DNA of 64,000 nucleotides from Eledone cirrhosa (taxonomy: Eukaryota), in assembly GCA_964016885.1 (NCBI GenBank), contig OZ024743.1:358794001-358858000 (forward strand), written 5' to 3'. Of this stretch, positions 35,902 to 50,748 are shown in pieces; the stretch's first letter is position 1, and the number at the start of each line of letters is the position of its first letter. The notes under the pieces were generated by a model, which saw nothing but the letters and a program-made list of their open reading frames with translations, had not been told where the DNA came from and did no database searches. Made by a program: the position numbers and the translations under genes.

Positions 35902-38900
35902 TTGTGTTCTCATTTCAATTGTTGGGAAAAAACATAAATTGGCGACGAGAAAAACCATCCACATGTTGATTTTCAACAATAAGAAGAGCAGACAGAGGAA
36001 GCTCAACTTAATCGAAGCTATGCTGATATGCATCCACGTCAAATGATACAGTGACTTTCTCAATGCAGTTACTGAATTTCAGTTTGATCCTGTTGGTGTT
36101 ACATTCGAGCGCTGGTTCAAGAGATGGGAAGGCACCTTCAATGTAGATCTGACAAAAGCTGATGATGCCCCCAAAATACGCTTATTGTTGAAAATAGAGA
36201 ATCGAAGAGCATGATCGTTTTTGCAGCTTCTTCTTTCCCAAACAACCCCGAGACCTTTCATTTGCAGAAACAACCAAGTTGCTGACACAAGTATTTGGAA
36301 AGCAAATATCAGTTTTCAACACAAGATACCATTACCTCAAGCTTAGAAAAAAACTCCACCGAAGATTATGTCACGCATGCAAGTGTGGTGAACCACGAAT
36401 ATTTTCAGCTGCAGAGAGGTGAATTTAAAGCATGATACGTCGATGGTAGAAAAAGATCAGCCAACATTAATTCAAGCTGTTTTGCCTAATAATGACAAGG
36501 TTAATGAAAACCCATTGGGCACAACAAAAGACCTCTGACAGCAACCTGGCATTGAGGCAATTGGCATTATGCCAAATTTTGCAAATTCAGAAATTACAGG
36601 TGTCAGAATTGTTACCAATGTGGTCATCTCGACAATCAATGTCGATTTACTAATCATCGTCGAATAGAAAAAACAAATGTCGGGTGGAAAACGCAAAAAC
36701 CAAGTTCGTACACAATTCACACCGACAATATCTCGAGTTGATGATGCAGCACCAAAACGAATATATGTCCAGTTACTCGTTAGACACGACTTCCGACATT
36801 ACTCTAATTTCAAGACAAACTTGGCGAAATATTGGTCGACCTAAAATTGTATTCACAACTAAAACTGCACGATGTCCAACTGGAAATTGGCTGAAAATTT
36901 ATGACCAAATTAACTACAACGTCAAATGGGATGAGACAAAGATTGACATTTGTTATGTGACGGACCATATATATTTGGATCTTCTTGGCTTCGTTTGGTT
37001 TGAAAATTTGCACATGTTGGATCAACCGGTCAACGATATTTGTAACCAGACGCAAGTAGTATTTTCATTACAAACAAATACGCCGTTAAAATTAACTAAA
37101 AAATATGCATGTTTGCAGATGGATTGTTTGTGTAACAAATTTAAGCTACTTTAACAATAAGTCCAGAATCTTGTCCAATTTTTCGTCCAATGAGTCCTGT
37201 ACCACATACAGCCCAAAGTTTGGTAGAGAAAGAACTCACCCATTTACAACAAAGTGGAATTTTGACCCCAGTGACTTATTCAACTTGGGCAGCACTAATT
37301 TTAGTGATCAAAAAGCTTAATGGGTTAATTAGACTGTGTGATGATTTTCCAGCGGGACCAAACGAAGCACATGAAGATCGAAGATCTTCAAAATCAACTT
37401 CCATTGCCAAAATAAGAGAAATTAGTCAAATTTAGAAAGAAAATATTTGCAATCAAAAAGTTTCATAAGATGCTATGGAGACAGGTTTAGGCTGCTTACA
37501 GATCATTAACTGCTTCTGGCAATTTTTAGCTCCAAGAAAGGCATACCAATGCACACAGAAAATCGTTTACAACGATGGACAACTATATTAACAGCATACA
37601 ACTTCAAAATTCAATATCAGTCAAAACATGAATTTGGTCAAGCTGACACATTCTCGCCTTAACAACCGCACACCCCAGAAGAGGTTCTCGTGGCAACAGT
37701 TGAGGCAGAACAGCGGTGCAAATAATGCTATCAGATGTATTCCTGGCACTATAAAAGAGCAGATCATATTAAACCACGCACACGCACACATTCAACAAGT
37801 TATCAGTTATCTACGTTTTGGGGTCGCCAAAAACAAATGATGGTATAATAAAACGGTTTTCAATTGTCGTCATTCACTATCTGTGGTCAATGGATGTTTA
37901 GCGTTTGGTGAACGAGTTGTGGTTCCACCACCGCTGCAGACATCAGTCAAGCAGTTTCACATAGGACATCCAAGTATCCATCGGATGAAAGCAATTGCAC
38001 GAAGTTTCTTTTATTGGCCACTTTTGGATCAAGAGCTAGAGCAGTTTGCAAAAACTGTGATGGCTGTATTGGAGCACTTAAACATCCACCGAAAAGTGAA
38101 CCACTAAGCTGATCACAAGAAGTTCAATCATGGACCCGCATTCACGTAGATTTTGCTGGTCCAATTGGAGTCGTGTATATGATTTCGGTTGATGCATATT
38201 CAAAGTGGCCAGAGATCAGAATAATGCCAAACTTTTTCCTGAACGGTACAATGAAAACGGCATTCATCACAGAAAGTCGCCCCCCTTATCGAAAGTCTAA
38301 TGGCCAGACAGTACGCTTCATCGATACATTCAAGCAGGCATTATTAAAGTCAAAAGGAGAGGGGGTGCCAAAGGAAATATACCTTCCTATTGGCATACAA
38401 AAGCACCCCTAATCCAAATGTATCAGTTGGAAAATCACCAGATGAATGTATTCGGAAGAAAACTATGAACGTTTGATTGCTTGATTCCAACACATCAGAC
38501 TGCAGAGGATAATGACTACAAAAATGAAAAATGACAATGATTATGGAAGGTGCAACCAGGTGATACCGTACCTTTTCGTAACCATCGTGGACCAATAAGA
38601 TAAACAAGGGGAGTGATTATACGCAAACGGGGAAAGGGGATTCATGACATCCAAGTTGGACCAAACGTCTGGACTAGACATATTAACAAGATGCATTACA
38701 AAAGCAGACTTTACATCAATCTCAGCATGGGTCGCAGCTATCACTTGAAATCCTTTTAAATACCTTCAATCCAATCTACCTGTCACACAGAATAGTCAAA
38801 GATCAAATCAAAGACTTCGACATTCTATTCGCCAAAGAAAAGTATTGCCTCTGAAGGTAAACTCTCTTATCCGATCATGTGTCCAACGACTTTAAGGGGG

Positions 38901-41900
38901 AATTGTTAGGAAGATCCACAGGTGACAATCGAAATCATGACCTTCAGATTATCAAGGAATACCAAGTCATCGCTCTTCTATGAATGTAAAAATAATCCAC
39001 TCGAGGTTAGATGTGTGAATATTTTTCATGCAAAATGGATTGGTCGAAACTAAGAAGTATCACTTATTGGGCGAATCTATTATTGTCCAATTAGAATATG
39101 ACACGCATTTACGTTGCAGAACATTCTAAAGTCTTAACTGTATATAAATATAGAGGATATTTTTGTAATTTTTGGTCTTTTTGTAGACCTCATTTCAATT
39201 ATTGCAGTGAAAAAACCCCCTCTAAAACTTATCTCTTTCTTCTGTACATTAATAACCTACTTGCCCTATCTAACAACTCCCACTACAATGCAGACAATAC
39301 CGCTCTTTCGCTTATCTGCAACATTCCGCACAGACTTCATCCATATGCAACATAGACGCTCCATGTAAAAACCTATACTTCCTTCACAAACACTCTAAGG
39401 CATCGTTTGTGGTCTTGGACAACAGTTTTAAAAGTGCTACAAATCATAGGATTTTGGTCTCTGATAGTCTTTTCACTATAACCTTGTCCAATAGACGCAC
39501 TGACTTACTTCTCTACCCTTTTCATTCGCTACTACAACAGTTTTATTCTAGAGTATCTCGGACAATTTACCATGGTGTAGTTCATGTCAAAGCTACACTC
39601 CAAAGAAGGTTAAATCTGAGCTACGAGAGCAATCGAAACAAATGGGATTTATATTGTTCTTGCTCTCTGATTTACATAACTCCAGTGTTGTCTCTGTTGA
39701 CAGCTAACTTGTGTGACCATTGAAATATGTGTCGTTTCCCATGAGACTACAGTCTGATAGAAAACTAGCCGTTCTGATACTGTATCTGTTAAGACAGCAG
39801 CAATCTTTTGTAAATCATACAATCAACGATTAATCCACACACTCCATTTCTTACTGAATAACATTTTCTTACAAAGGCACATATCGCAAATTGAGAAGAA
39901 AATGATCTCTCATTATGTCAAAACCGTTTTTTAAGTGGTATAGTGGCGTAAGAGGGAAAAAAAAACACAAATAGAAAATTTCAATTTCTATAGATTACAT
40001 TCAAAACTCCCATACAACCTTTTTCTGTTTTCTTCACTTTCTGACCAAAGACAAGTGTCTGAAATGTTACTTCATTTCCTTCTTGCAGTAATTGAACTTA
40101 TTGAACTCTTCTAGGAGTGCCTCTATGAAGGAATTGAAGCCAATGCAGACTATCAGTTTCATTAGATTTCGGATTTTACCTCGGAAAACGATACGAAGTC
40201 TATAGCTTAATTTCAGTGGCGACGGGTCAGCAAGTCCTTTCACTTTTATTTTCACTGTGAATAAAATAAGATGACTAAAGATAAGTAAAAACAAACAAAA
40301 AAACAACAAAAAAAGGAATATAAGTGGAAATGTTTTTAATGTTTATTTTTCTACATTTTTATAATAAAAATAGTTACAAATTTTGCTAACTATATTTAAA
40401 TAAAAGAAAAATGCTCGCCCCCCTTCCCTCAAAGGACAACAACAAAAATAACAAAACAAAACAAAAACCAACTAAACAAAACAATGTACAGAATTAAGTC
40501 ATCTGAAATTTTATTGGTGCCATAACAAAGTTTTCCATTTACAATTGAAAAGTATAATATAGTAAAAAAAGATTTCTACAACAAAATCTACAACGGCATA
40601 TTTATAGTAATCTAATCACTCGTCCGTACACATTTACGATACGTGCATACACACACCATGGGTCATGTAAGAATATGGATAAATCTTGTCCATATTCTTC
40701 GTCTTTATTTGTTTTGCAAGATTCTTCACGTGAAATAGCGTGTTGAAACATTGTTATACATTGGTGGGTGGGGGTGGAGTGGGGGGGTCATACTGTCAAT
40801 AAAAACATACGGACTAGTTGAGTTTCACTTCAGTTTTTTAAAATTATTAGTTAAATGACTAATCCACTCCACAGTTAGTTTAATAACCGGATCATATATT
40901 CTGTGACCTTTTCAACCACTATTCTGACTCCTCAAGATGGAGTAAGTAGAACACGACCAAAACAATTACTTTTGCCAAAATTAGAAACCATTACCAGTTG
41001 AAATGGTATGTCAACGAAGAATGCGTCGTTAGACTACTGTCAGTCATTAAAAAAAATTATATTTCCTTTTATGTCATCTAATAAATGAATACTATTTTTT
41101 TTTTCTGCTGGAATTCAGTAAAAATATTGCAAGTATGAATGAAATTCAACTACATGCTTACACATTAAACGGCATATATGTCTAGGTACTTTGTAACATA
41201 ACCAAATAACTGTTGTTAGAAGTTCTAAAAATATACGCATAGAAATAGGAAACAAAACATTTTACTAGAATTCTTCAAACTCAATACATTAACGGAACAG
41301 TTAAAATATATTAACATTTTGACTGTAGATGTTAATAAGTTAAACTCCAGCAGCAGCTTGAGATTAACCCTGCGAATGGCGGGCTTAACACCAATGAAAT
41401 CTGGATAAGCTTCGATGTGATGAGGCAATAGACTTGGGACATGTTTTAACAAATGTGAGCAACGTAGTGTGGTGGAAAGCTCTTCAGCCTAAATAACTTG
41501 CTTTGATTCTTGATTGAGCGATTGATTGATTTCACTTAACATATTTCCTATATTTCTGATTTCTAGCTAGTATTAATAATCTTCGGAAGAATGGGGATTT
41601 ACTAGGCTGCTTCCCCTTTGAAATATATATTTATAGCCTAAGTTGTATTGCTTCACTAGTAAATATCGTTGGGCGTTTAATCTTGTATTTATTATGCAAA
41701 GACGTTGTGCTTAGCACAAGTTTCTTAGCCTTGTAATACGAGTTTCCTGTCACTTTTTAAAATGTACAAGCACATGTGCGCTTGCGCACTGCGATTGGCG
41801 GTGGTGTGCTCAAAAAGAAGTGATGGAATGCATTACTGAGAGGGTTGAGGTATATATATATAAATACATACATGCAGGCATACACATACATACACGCGTA

Positions 41901-42094
41901 CACACACGCACGTGCACCCCACCCCCGCGACACACCCGTATATATATTTAGTGCGAAAGACAAAGATAGATAACTTGTTTGTTATTGAGGATATTTTGAG
42001 TTTCAATTAAGGATTCTTTGTGTTTCGGAGTATGTTGGTATAAGATAATTTAGAATAGTTTGTTTCCTGAGTTGGAAAGGGATCCATCGTACAC

Positions 42095-45000
42095 GGGATA
42101 TCATATGTTCGACATCAACCTACAAGTCAGCGGTATTCCGACATTGGATGAGTCTGTGCAGGACGGTCTCGTCGCCCCGTACGCATTTCGGACAGGCCAG
42201 GCTGACGGCACGTCCATGTCTGTAAAGTTTATCTCGAACTGACAACGTTTCCCGGTAGCATTGCCAGGCCAGGGATTTCTGTAAGTTATCCATTGGCCCT
42301 AGACCGAAAGTCCTCCCGAAGAGAATATCTAGTTGGCTTTCGTAGACACCCAGAGTTTTCCTCAAGGACGTCGTTGCTGTTGCCATCGACAACCCCCTTA
42401 TAGAACGCCAAGGTGGATTTTCCACCGATCGCAATGCCCGATTGGCAAAGGGCAGGCAACCCTTGAAGATATTCCAGTTTCCAAACGCTCCCTCTCGGTT
42501 TCCGCTTGACCCATGACTGAAGCTGCGTCAAGGAAGTGAGCTGGGGAAAAACGCGCCTAGCAAAAGGCGACCACCATTGTTCACCGTCGCGGAAAATTTA
42601 GAGATATCGTAGCCTCAGCGCATGTCTGCGCATCATCAGCCACAGCATGCACAGTCTTTCACGCAGCGGGTGTTGAGAGCAGATGGACCGCCTGACCATT
42701 GGAGTGCGTACCTTCCACAAAAAGTGAAAGAGCAAACACTCCAGTGCAGTCGGACGAGGCTTAGGACAAGGCACAATGGTTAGGCGGTAGTAGATGACAG
42801 ACGCGATGTACGCACTCGCCACCTCTGCTCGACCTTTCAGGGAAAGCTTTCTCTCGGCCCAATTCTGTGTAAGAGAGACCATCCTGCTCGTCACCTCGTC
42901 CCAGTTTTTGTCCGTCTGGACAACTTTAACCAGTCCGCCCGTCCAGCACCCAAAATTTTGAACTCTGCGTTCAGAGTTATGGACCTGAAATTATCTTCGT
43001 TGACTCCCTTGCTAGGGTCCTTTCTTAACAGCGCCAACGTTCCTCGGCTCCCAGAATTGGGAATTCTCCCGTTCTGCTGCCAGTTGTAGTAGACGTCTGC
43101 CAAGAGATCAGCGAACAAGTTTGGCATGTGTACGTAAAGCTCGTAGGGTAGACAATCCATTGCCTTCCATATTTCAGCGGCATTTATCGGCTTTTTGCAG
43201 CACTCCGCCTCGTCGCTGAGAGCCGCGGCAGGCCGTCGAGGTAGGGACTAAAGTTCATTCTGTGATCTGATATGCCACTGCTCCCGAACACTTGAGCGAA
43301 ATGATGCTGAAAGGCCGCATACATCTGCTCGGGATCGAGTAACATGTGCCCGTCGTGGTGCACCAAAGATCGGATTGTGGATTTGTTGTCACGCCGCACT
43401 TCTTCCACCACTCAGGCCAATCGAACGGCTTTCATCCTCTCGTGTCTTTGTGCACGTGCCCAAGCTCTGACAACGCAGCTTTCGTGCTTAGCGTTGAAGA
43501 ATTAGTCGAAGGCCAATCTCGCCGCATGCTCGTCGGTTGTGATGCCTTTTCTAAGCACCCCGTCTAACTAGTTCTCCCTCTTGTCTTTTATTATAGATTT
43601 GCTAAACTTAACGGATTCTACTTTGCTCGCCCTATTCAGGGCGAACCACCATTCGTTGTTGACGACTGCCCCAGCCAACTAATTCGCTAATCCGATCTCT
43701 GTAGGCTTTACGCGCCGCAAGCGACGTGTTCAGCTTCCAGTATTCGCGTCCCTATTTATGTAAACTATTTAGGTGTACCATGCAGATCACAAATTTGTGG
43801 TCTGTGTAGCTGGCTACCTGAACATGTGGACATCCTATGCTAGACCTATCTATATCTCTACTGAATACCCTATCTAGATATGATCTAGATGACCCTATGC
43901 GGTTTGTCCATGTCCACATTGGTATATTCGAGAAATCTAGATGGTACCTTTCAGACAGGTGGAAATGTTTGAACAGGTTTGCGAGGCTTTTACACCCTCC
44001 TCCAATATCCGCTACTCCAACACAGTCCCAGCGTACGTTAAGATCCCGTTCCAGTCATCCACTAACACTAAAGAACGCAACGTTCCAAGGAAGGTCTCCA
44101 GGCGCTGGAAGAAATCAGACCGTCCTGCCCCTGTTGGGGCGTAGGCGGCCACTAACCTGAAAATGTGCCCTTCTCCGCTGGTCACGTCCAGCACCACCAA
44201 CTTACCTTCTGGGTCCAAGAAGATGGAGCGTATTCTGAGATCCAAACCTCTCCAGAACAACACTGCTACTCTGACTCCAGATCCCGGACGGCTTGGAGAT
44301 GCGTACACCTCGTAGCCGCCGAAAATGGGTACAAATGCTGGTGCTTCGAAGATTCTGGTCTCGTTGATGGCCACCACATATATGCTCGACGACATGAGGC
44401 CTTTGAGTAGGTGGCCCTTCTTCCAAGACGACTCCAGGCCACGTGCATTTATACAGCCTATCCTTAGAGAAGTCATGTTGGATAAGTTATGAGGAAAACA
44501 GATGAGAGGTAAAAACACACCTTACTTTTGGCTTTTTGGAAGGATGGTAGATGATCCATCCCTCTGGCCGGTAATGGGTTTCTCCACGAGTGTCAGTGTA
44601 TATTCTCTTCGAGAGAGTCCCTCAATAGCCTCCAATTGCCCAGGGGAACTTATTCTTAAGACTGTATATGTCTTTTGGGAAATTTCGATTATTTTTCTGT
44701 GTGTGTGTGTGTGTGTGTGTGTGGGGGGTTTACAATTTTTTGGGGTTGTATGTATTATTTGTTTCTGTGAATTTGGTGTTGTGTTGTATGTAATTTATGA
44801 GTTTTTGGGTGTTTGTGTCTATAGCTGTGTATTGTGCCTGCGTTTGGGATGTTGGGAAGATGGAGGGGACGATAGAGTTGATGTTGATGATGGTGATTGT
44901 GTGGGGGTTGGTGGTGTTGGTGTTGGTGGTTGAGGCGGTGGGGCTTTTGATGATGATGATGGTGGTGGCGTTTGTTTGTTTGCCTTCTTTTTTTGAGGGC

Positions 45001-46200
45001 GAAAGGTGGGAGTTCTTTTTTTTTTCTAGCTCCGATGGTTATCTACCCTTCAGCGTCATCACACTCGTTGTCAGATTGTGCGATGTCGGGAAGGGGTATA
45101 TTCTCCACTGGCGTTGATGCTGCCGTTGGTTGTGGTTCTGTTGTTGATGTTGCTGGTGCTGATGCCGGTGTTGGTAGTTTTGCCGCTACTGTGACTTCAG
45201 ATGGTCGGGCCACTCTAGTCGTGGGATCCTGCGTAGGAAGGAGAGGGGGGCTCGTTTCCGCCTTGCTTAGTTATGGGCTTTTAGGTGCATTTTGTCTCCA
45301 CACCATGACACCTTAGCTTTCTACCCTCGACGATCGCAGGTAGGTGGTTGCCGTCGTCCAGATCGATCAAGTGGAGATGACCTCTATATTTTCATAGTTT
45401 GACTGGATTAGCACCTTCATCACCTATCCTGACCAGTTTTCTTTTTATGACATCTAAAACGGTGGTCGTCTCTTCGATGTCAATGAGGACGGCTGCCATC
45501 AGCCAAGCGATTTCCATTGAGGACGAAACCTGGGTCACTCGGATCATCACAACAGTTTGGCTTCAGTACTTTGGCACCATGATGATCTCTTCACCGTGGA
45601 GTGACGTAATCGAGTGTGCTCTGGCTTCTTCGAGGGTAACGAAGAGAACATCCACGGTGCTATATTTTGTCTCCCGGGCTATGTATGTGTTTTGTACCCA
45701 GACGGCATCCATAGCCCTTTGGACTTAGGATTCAGTCGCCCTTTCCACCCAGGGCAATTCGTGTCCAATTGTATTGTACGAGACCGTACACAGACGTCTA
45801 TTTTTCATGACGTCGGGTGGATGAGCGAGGCTGACCCTGTGGCCGCTCTTCTTCACCAAAAGCTTTACCTTCCCCATCTCCTCGTTGCTGACGTGGACTC
45901 TTTCTACGTTTTTGGCATCTCTCGTGAAGGATATGGTCGCATGGGTGGGTCCTGCCTGCTTTGAAGGTGTTCACCTCAGCTGCTGATGTTGTTTCTGTTG
46001 TTTTTGTTCTTGTTGTTATTGTTGCCGTTGTGGCTGCTACTGTTGCTGTTGTTGTTGCTGCTAATACTGGTGTTGATGCTGTTGATAGTGGTGGTGGCAG
46101 CGGCGGTGGCGGTGGTGGTAGTGTATGCACTGGTGTTGACCTTAGTCGGTGTGGTGGTAGTATAATTTATTTTCAGCTATTCGTCTGACATACTGAAAAG
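42095..46200 (-). mobile_element. Decayed Tx1-clade LINE (ORF1, AP endonuclease, partial RT)
   Basis: LRIGCINARGL..VAINET, LVAAYAP, LVDDWNGIL, LSLKGRAEV, KSLAWQCYR. Thr-rich ORF1 at 44520-46150. Confidence 0.85.
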
Positions 46201-46334
46201 ACGCACACTTTTCTCGTGCGAAATGTTTGTGCTCTGGCATATAGAAAGGAGGGGTGTTTTACTTCCATATTTCTTTTCGAAAATTTTGAAACTTTTTTGG
46301 AGCTTTTTCAAAGAAGAAAATACAATCCCTTAAT

Positions 46335-46590
46335 AATGATTTCCACTATAGGCACAAGGTCAGCAATTTTGGGGAGTGGAAAGTGGATTAAATAGACTCC
46401 AGTGCATTACTGGTACTTTATTTTATCGACCCCGTAAGGATGAAAGACAAAGTTAACCTCGGCGGGATTTGAACTCAGATCATAATCCCGCCGATGTTAA
46501 CTTTGCCTTTCATCCTTACGGGGTCGATAAAATAAAGTACCAGTAATGCACTGGAATAATTGCTGGCCTTGTGCCAAAAGTAGAAACAAT
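46335..46590. mobile_element. Head-to-head fold-back of two truncated SINE copies
   Basis: 46398-46469 is the reverse complement of ~46484-46556, with a 14-nt spacer. Confidence 0.85.
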
Positions 46591-46955
46591 TATTATTATT
46601 ATTATCGATGGATTGGCAGTATCGGGCCACAAGGGCCGACATATAGGGGGCAATACAATAGACGGGGACAGTGGGGGTTTTATATAAAAATCGAGTAAAA
46701 AATAAGAAAACAATAACAATAAACAAGAAAAATATAAAAATCAATAACAAACAACAAAAAAAACACAACAATGAAAATTTCCCGATAGAGGGGATAGCCA
46801 CACCAATCCTGAACCACCCGACGCTTTGAGGGCTCTCGAGAAGGGCACCCCTCTACTCCTCATATTAACCAGCCTGTAGGCGTGTGATCAGTGTAGGCCC
46901 ATTCACACGGGCCATTCTCTTCCCATACATCCACCCTTTAGCAAATGTACTGGGG
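46590..46955 (-). mobile_element. Tx1-type 3' end in an ATT/TAA run
   Basis: Minus strand encodes ..WVG/RMARVNGPTL.., the Tx1 ORF2 C-terminus seen in other copies, followed by a 3' UTR. Confidence 0.65.
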
Positions 46956-47377
46956 GATAAAGGGATAAAAACCAACAATATTGTACTCAAATCACTATAT
47001 GAATATAATCTTTCTTTCATTTAAACACTTTTGATAATCGAAGGAAAGGTGTATATATATAAATATATGTTAATTTTTCTATGAGCACCCTTGCATGTGT
47101 ATGTAGATAGAGAACATGTATTTAAATATATGTGCAAATGATGGTATTTGTATGTGTGTGTATGCGTGTCCACTTGTGAATTTGTACACTTTTGTTTTTA
47201 TGATAGGACTAGACCACCGTTGGGTCGCGTTCACTTAAAAAAATAATTTTTAAATAATTAAAATATACACAGACATGTATAACATGTAAAATGAAATTGG
47301 ATATATACAGTATATATATATGTGTGTTTTTGTGTGTGGGGGGGTATCTTTGTCCTATCTACACCGATCACAGACAG

Positions 47378-47545
<168 letters not shown>

Positions 47546-49635
47546 TCACACAACTTAGGAACCCTTTCTATTTACCAGGATACAGTAATGATGTATTCGT
47601 TTCTTTGAAGTCACCGGTTGTAATTTCATTCAACAACACCACAAGCTCTCTCTCTTCTCTTCCATTTTCCTTCCCTGTCTCCTTCTTTCTCCCTCTCTAT
47701 GTTTCTCTTTCAATCTACTCTCTCACAACCACTATCTCTTTCTCTCTATCCTTATCTCTCTCTATTTATGAAGGTATCCAGATAACCCTATATCTTGGGA
47801 ACCCGTGCACCGATTTACGCGAAACTTGTCTTATTCTATTTGTATTCCCATTTCAGGGGCAACTTCCTTTCAAAGCATTTTCCCATTATGCGCCCATTTG
47901 GCTGTATTACATTACAGACAAGCAAGCAAGCAAGCAAGCAAACAAGCAAGCCAGCAAGCAAGCAAGCAAACAAGAAAGCAAGTAAACAAGAAATCACAAA
48001 CTTTTGGTAGTATATAGATAGATAGATAGATAGATAATAGGTAGATAGATAATAGGTAGATAAGAATATTGAACGATTTGTATTAATGAGAAACAGAAAG
48101 CATCAATCAGATCTATCTTCAGCGCCTCTAGTAATTGGACCTAATGTTTCTAAACGGTTGTTAAAGATAGCGCCTCTGAATAATGTAATTACTAAAACAT
48201 GTTAATATTTTACTGCAAGTGTAACATATACATTTAGTAATTCTCTTCTCACTATTTCGGCACGTACGGTAAAGTTTTTGCTTTGCTGTGGAGGTCTAAG
48301 TTCAAAACATTTTCAGACTGTTTAATCATTTATTATTATTGTCTTATTCTCACCAGTTGATTATTTATAATTAGCTTTTTGATACTCACCATATTAATTA
48401 AATATATTAACACTAACTGAAATATTGCTTTTTATTTTTGCCTGCAGATAGTGTACTTCTGAGAAATGTGATACTTTTTTACGCCAACTAATGTAAAATA
48501 TTGTCTATTTACTAACCAATTCTTTCGCCACTATTTAGGGAACATATGTAAAAGTAATTTCATGCTAGAAAGCCATTTGTTTTAAAGTGTTTATATTAAA
48601 ATTTATACCTTCTATCAAAATATTATCTAAGAAAACTTTTTAACGTTTCAGAAACCAGCTTAAACAGTCTGTTTTTAAACATAAAGTTATGTACTTTAGC
48701 TTTTCTTGTATCGTTACAGCATTGCGACTCATGCACGCCCATCAGTTTAACAAATACTTAGGTGCATTTTAGAAATCTAGCATTGATAAAGCACTTCTGT
48801 TTTTTTAATCAATAATTTTAGTATTTTCAGAATTTAAACCTAAGTTGCTACCGAGCAGCGATCTTGGATAATTTACTGTAGTTTTGTGATAGACCATCAA
48901 ACAAATGTATAACATCTGAACATATGTCATTAGTTATAGTAGAACATTTTGATTGCCTTGATCAGCGTATTTTCATTTTGATCAAAGCTATAAGATACTT
49001 TGACATCTTCAATCATACAGAGTTTTTTCCATCTCCATGCATTTTCCTTTACAGACTTGCAACACATTGCCAATTCCTTTCAGTTCAATTCAGTTCAATT
49101 CATTTATACAATTATTATTGCGTGGGATATGATTTGATCTCATCTGTAGATATGTGAATCATCAAACTATTTCCAGTCAATTACCAGTCAGCTCTGTGCT
49201 CTGCCACTAAGTCGTTCTCCCTATGATCTTACTAATTCTACTATAGCCAACTAAGTTAATTATATGACCGTGTAGTTATTTGGCCTTATCTTATCAAGCA
49301 CAGCTGCAGAAAGCAACATCTTATTACCCATTCAGTCATGGCGAATTACTAGCTTTTTGAAATATTTCATCTTCAAAACAAAATGTTCGTACAGCAGGTT
49401 CTAAAGTCTGCATGAAAGGAACTATGAAATTTCAAAATTTAATAAATATAGCCTGAAGAGACATGAGCTAGTGTCGTGATTTGAACACGATACTGAATTT
49501 CTCCAACATTATTTTTAATTGTGGTTGTTATCGTTTAGCCCCAGGTAAGCCTTGACTGAGCAGACCTATGAGTAAAGGCATTCAAAATGATACCATGTCA
49601 TCTTTTTTTCCTTTTTGAAGAGTGATTTAAGTAGT

Positions 49636-49800
49636 GGACGCAAGCATGGTTGGGTGGTTAAGAATTTCGCTTCACATTTACGAAGTCTCGGGTTTGATCC
49701 CGCCGTACGGCATCTTGGGCAAGTATTTTTACCATAGGTTTCGGTTGTCTCAAGCCTATTGAGTAAAATTGGGTAGATAAAAACTATGTGGAAGCCTATC
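49636..49800 (+). mobile_element. tRNA-headed SINE (third type)
   Basis: TGGTTGGGTGGTTAAG A-box, GGTTTGATCCC B-box, then ATCTTGGGCAAGT body. Confidence 0.6.
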
Positions 49801-50589
49801 GGATGGATTGTAGCTGTAAATCAAAGGCGAGCTTTCTCACATATTGTCACGTTGATTCTCATTGCTCTTACACGTGAGTCTGGATAAACGAGCTGCTTAC
49901 GCGTTATTTCCCGAATAGGACGTTCAGTTGAATTCGGCTGAATGATCACAATTGAAACCGACGAAGGATCCACGAATTGTGTTTCTAAATTAAAGTAATG
50001 AACAATGGGATACCCATCATGGTGACCGTTGAAAGCAGAGAAGTGATAAAAGGGATGGGAAGCACGATGCACATCCAGCCCTTCACCTCCACCACCATCA
50101 GTATTTAGGGTAATGTAACGTGAGAATCACAGTTAGAGATATGAGTGAAGACATCGACTCATAGATGATGGAGATTCTTAGAAACATTTTGAGAAGGTTG
50201 CAAAAGCACGAGTGATCTGCAAAGTATGGTGGTCGGTAGTTTGCATGGATCTCCAAATATTGATAAACTCTGAGAACCAGGAGTATATTCAGGAGGTATA
50301 TCATATCGAGGATTCAGTGGTGAAATAAGAGTTATGAGTGTGATAGAAAACACCAACTGCAAGCATTCATTCACCCACAGCGAAGGCATGGTCAGTCTGA
50401 AGAACGATGTTATATAAAAAATTTCAGACTTATTATTTTGCTGGACTCAGAGTTGAAGAGCTGACCAAGGTGTTTACTAAGAATTCGACGCTTTGTGCAG
50501 ATAATGACATCAGGCTCCCTCAAAGGTATGCGATCGCGGCAGAACTATCTACAATATCTCTTTTATCGATACATTGTAGAGAGAGTCGG

Positions 50590-50625
<36 letters not shown>

Positions 50626-50748
50626 CTATTGGGGATTTCGATTGTTGAAATTGTTTGTTTTTATATTTTTTACACGACTGTATGTAAAATCCCCGGCATG
50701 TCTTTGTATTGTCCCCTTTCTTGTTGCGCCCTTGTGGCTAATAAAGAA

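Larger units (their letters stand above)
34790..39216 (+). mobile_element. Decayed Gypsy/Ty3 LTR retrotransposon
   Basis: LTRs at 34790-35935 (interrupted) and 38905-39216 share GTTAGGAAGATC...CTCATTTCAATT. PBS TGGCGACGAG at 35940; PPT AAGGGGGAA at 38894. Gag FERWFKRWE, protease LDTTSD, RT WAALI..IRLCDD, integrase HIGHP..RIHVDFAGP..VDAYSKWPE. Confidence 0.88.

Noticed and set aside
40067-40309. Possible exon or ORF near 40090-40205
   Set aside because: Acceptor-like sites exist, but the frames are short and unrecognisable. Insufficient support.
49821-50580. Minus-strand short ORFs with a YRPP motif, suggesting a LINE endonuclease relic
   Set aside because: Too degenerate to assign boundaries or a family from the sequence alone.
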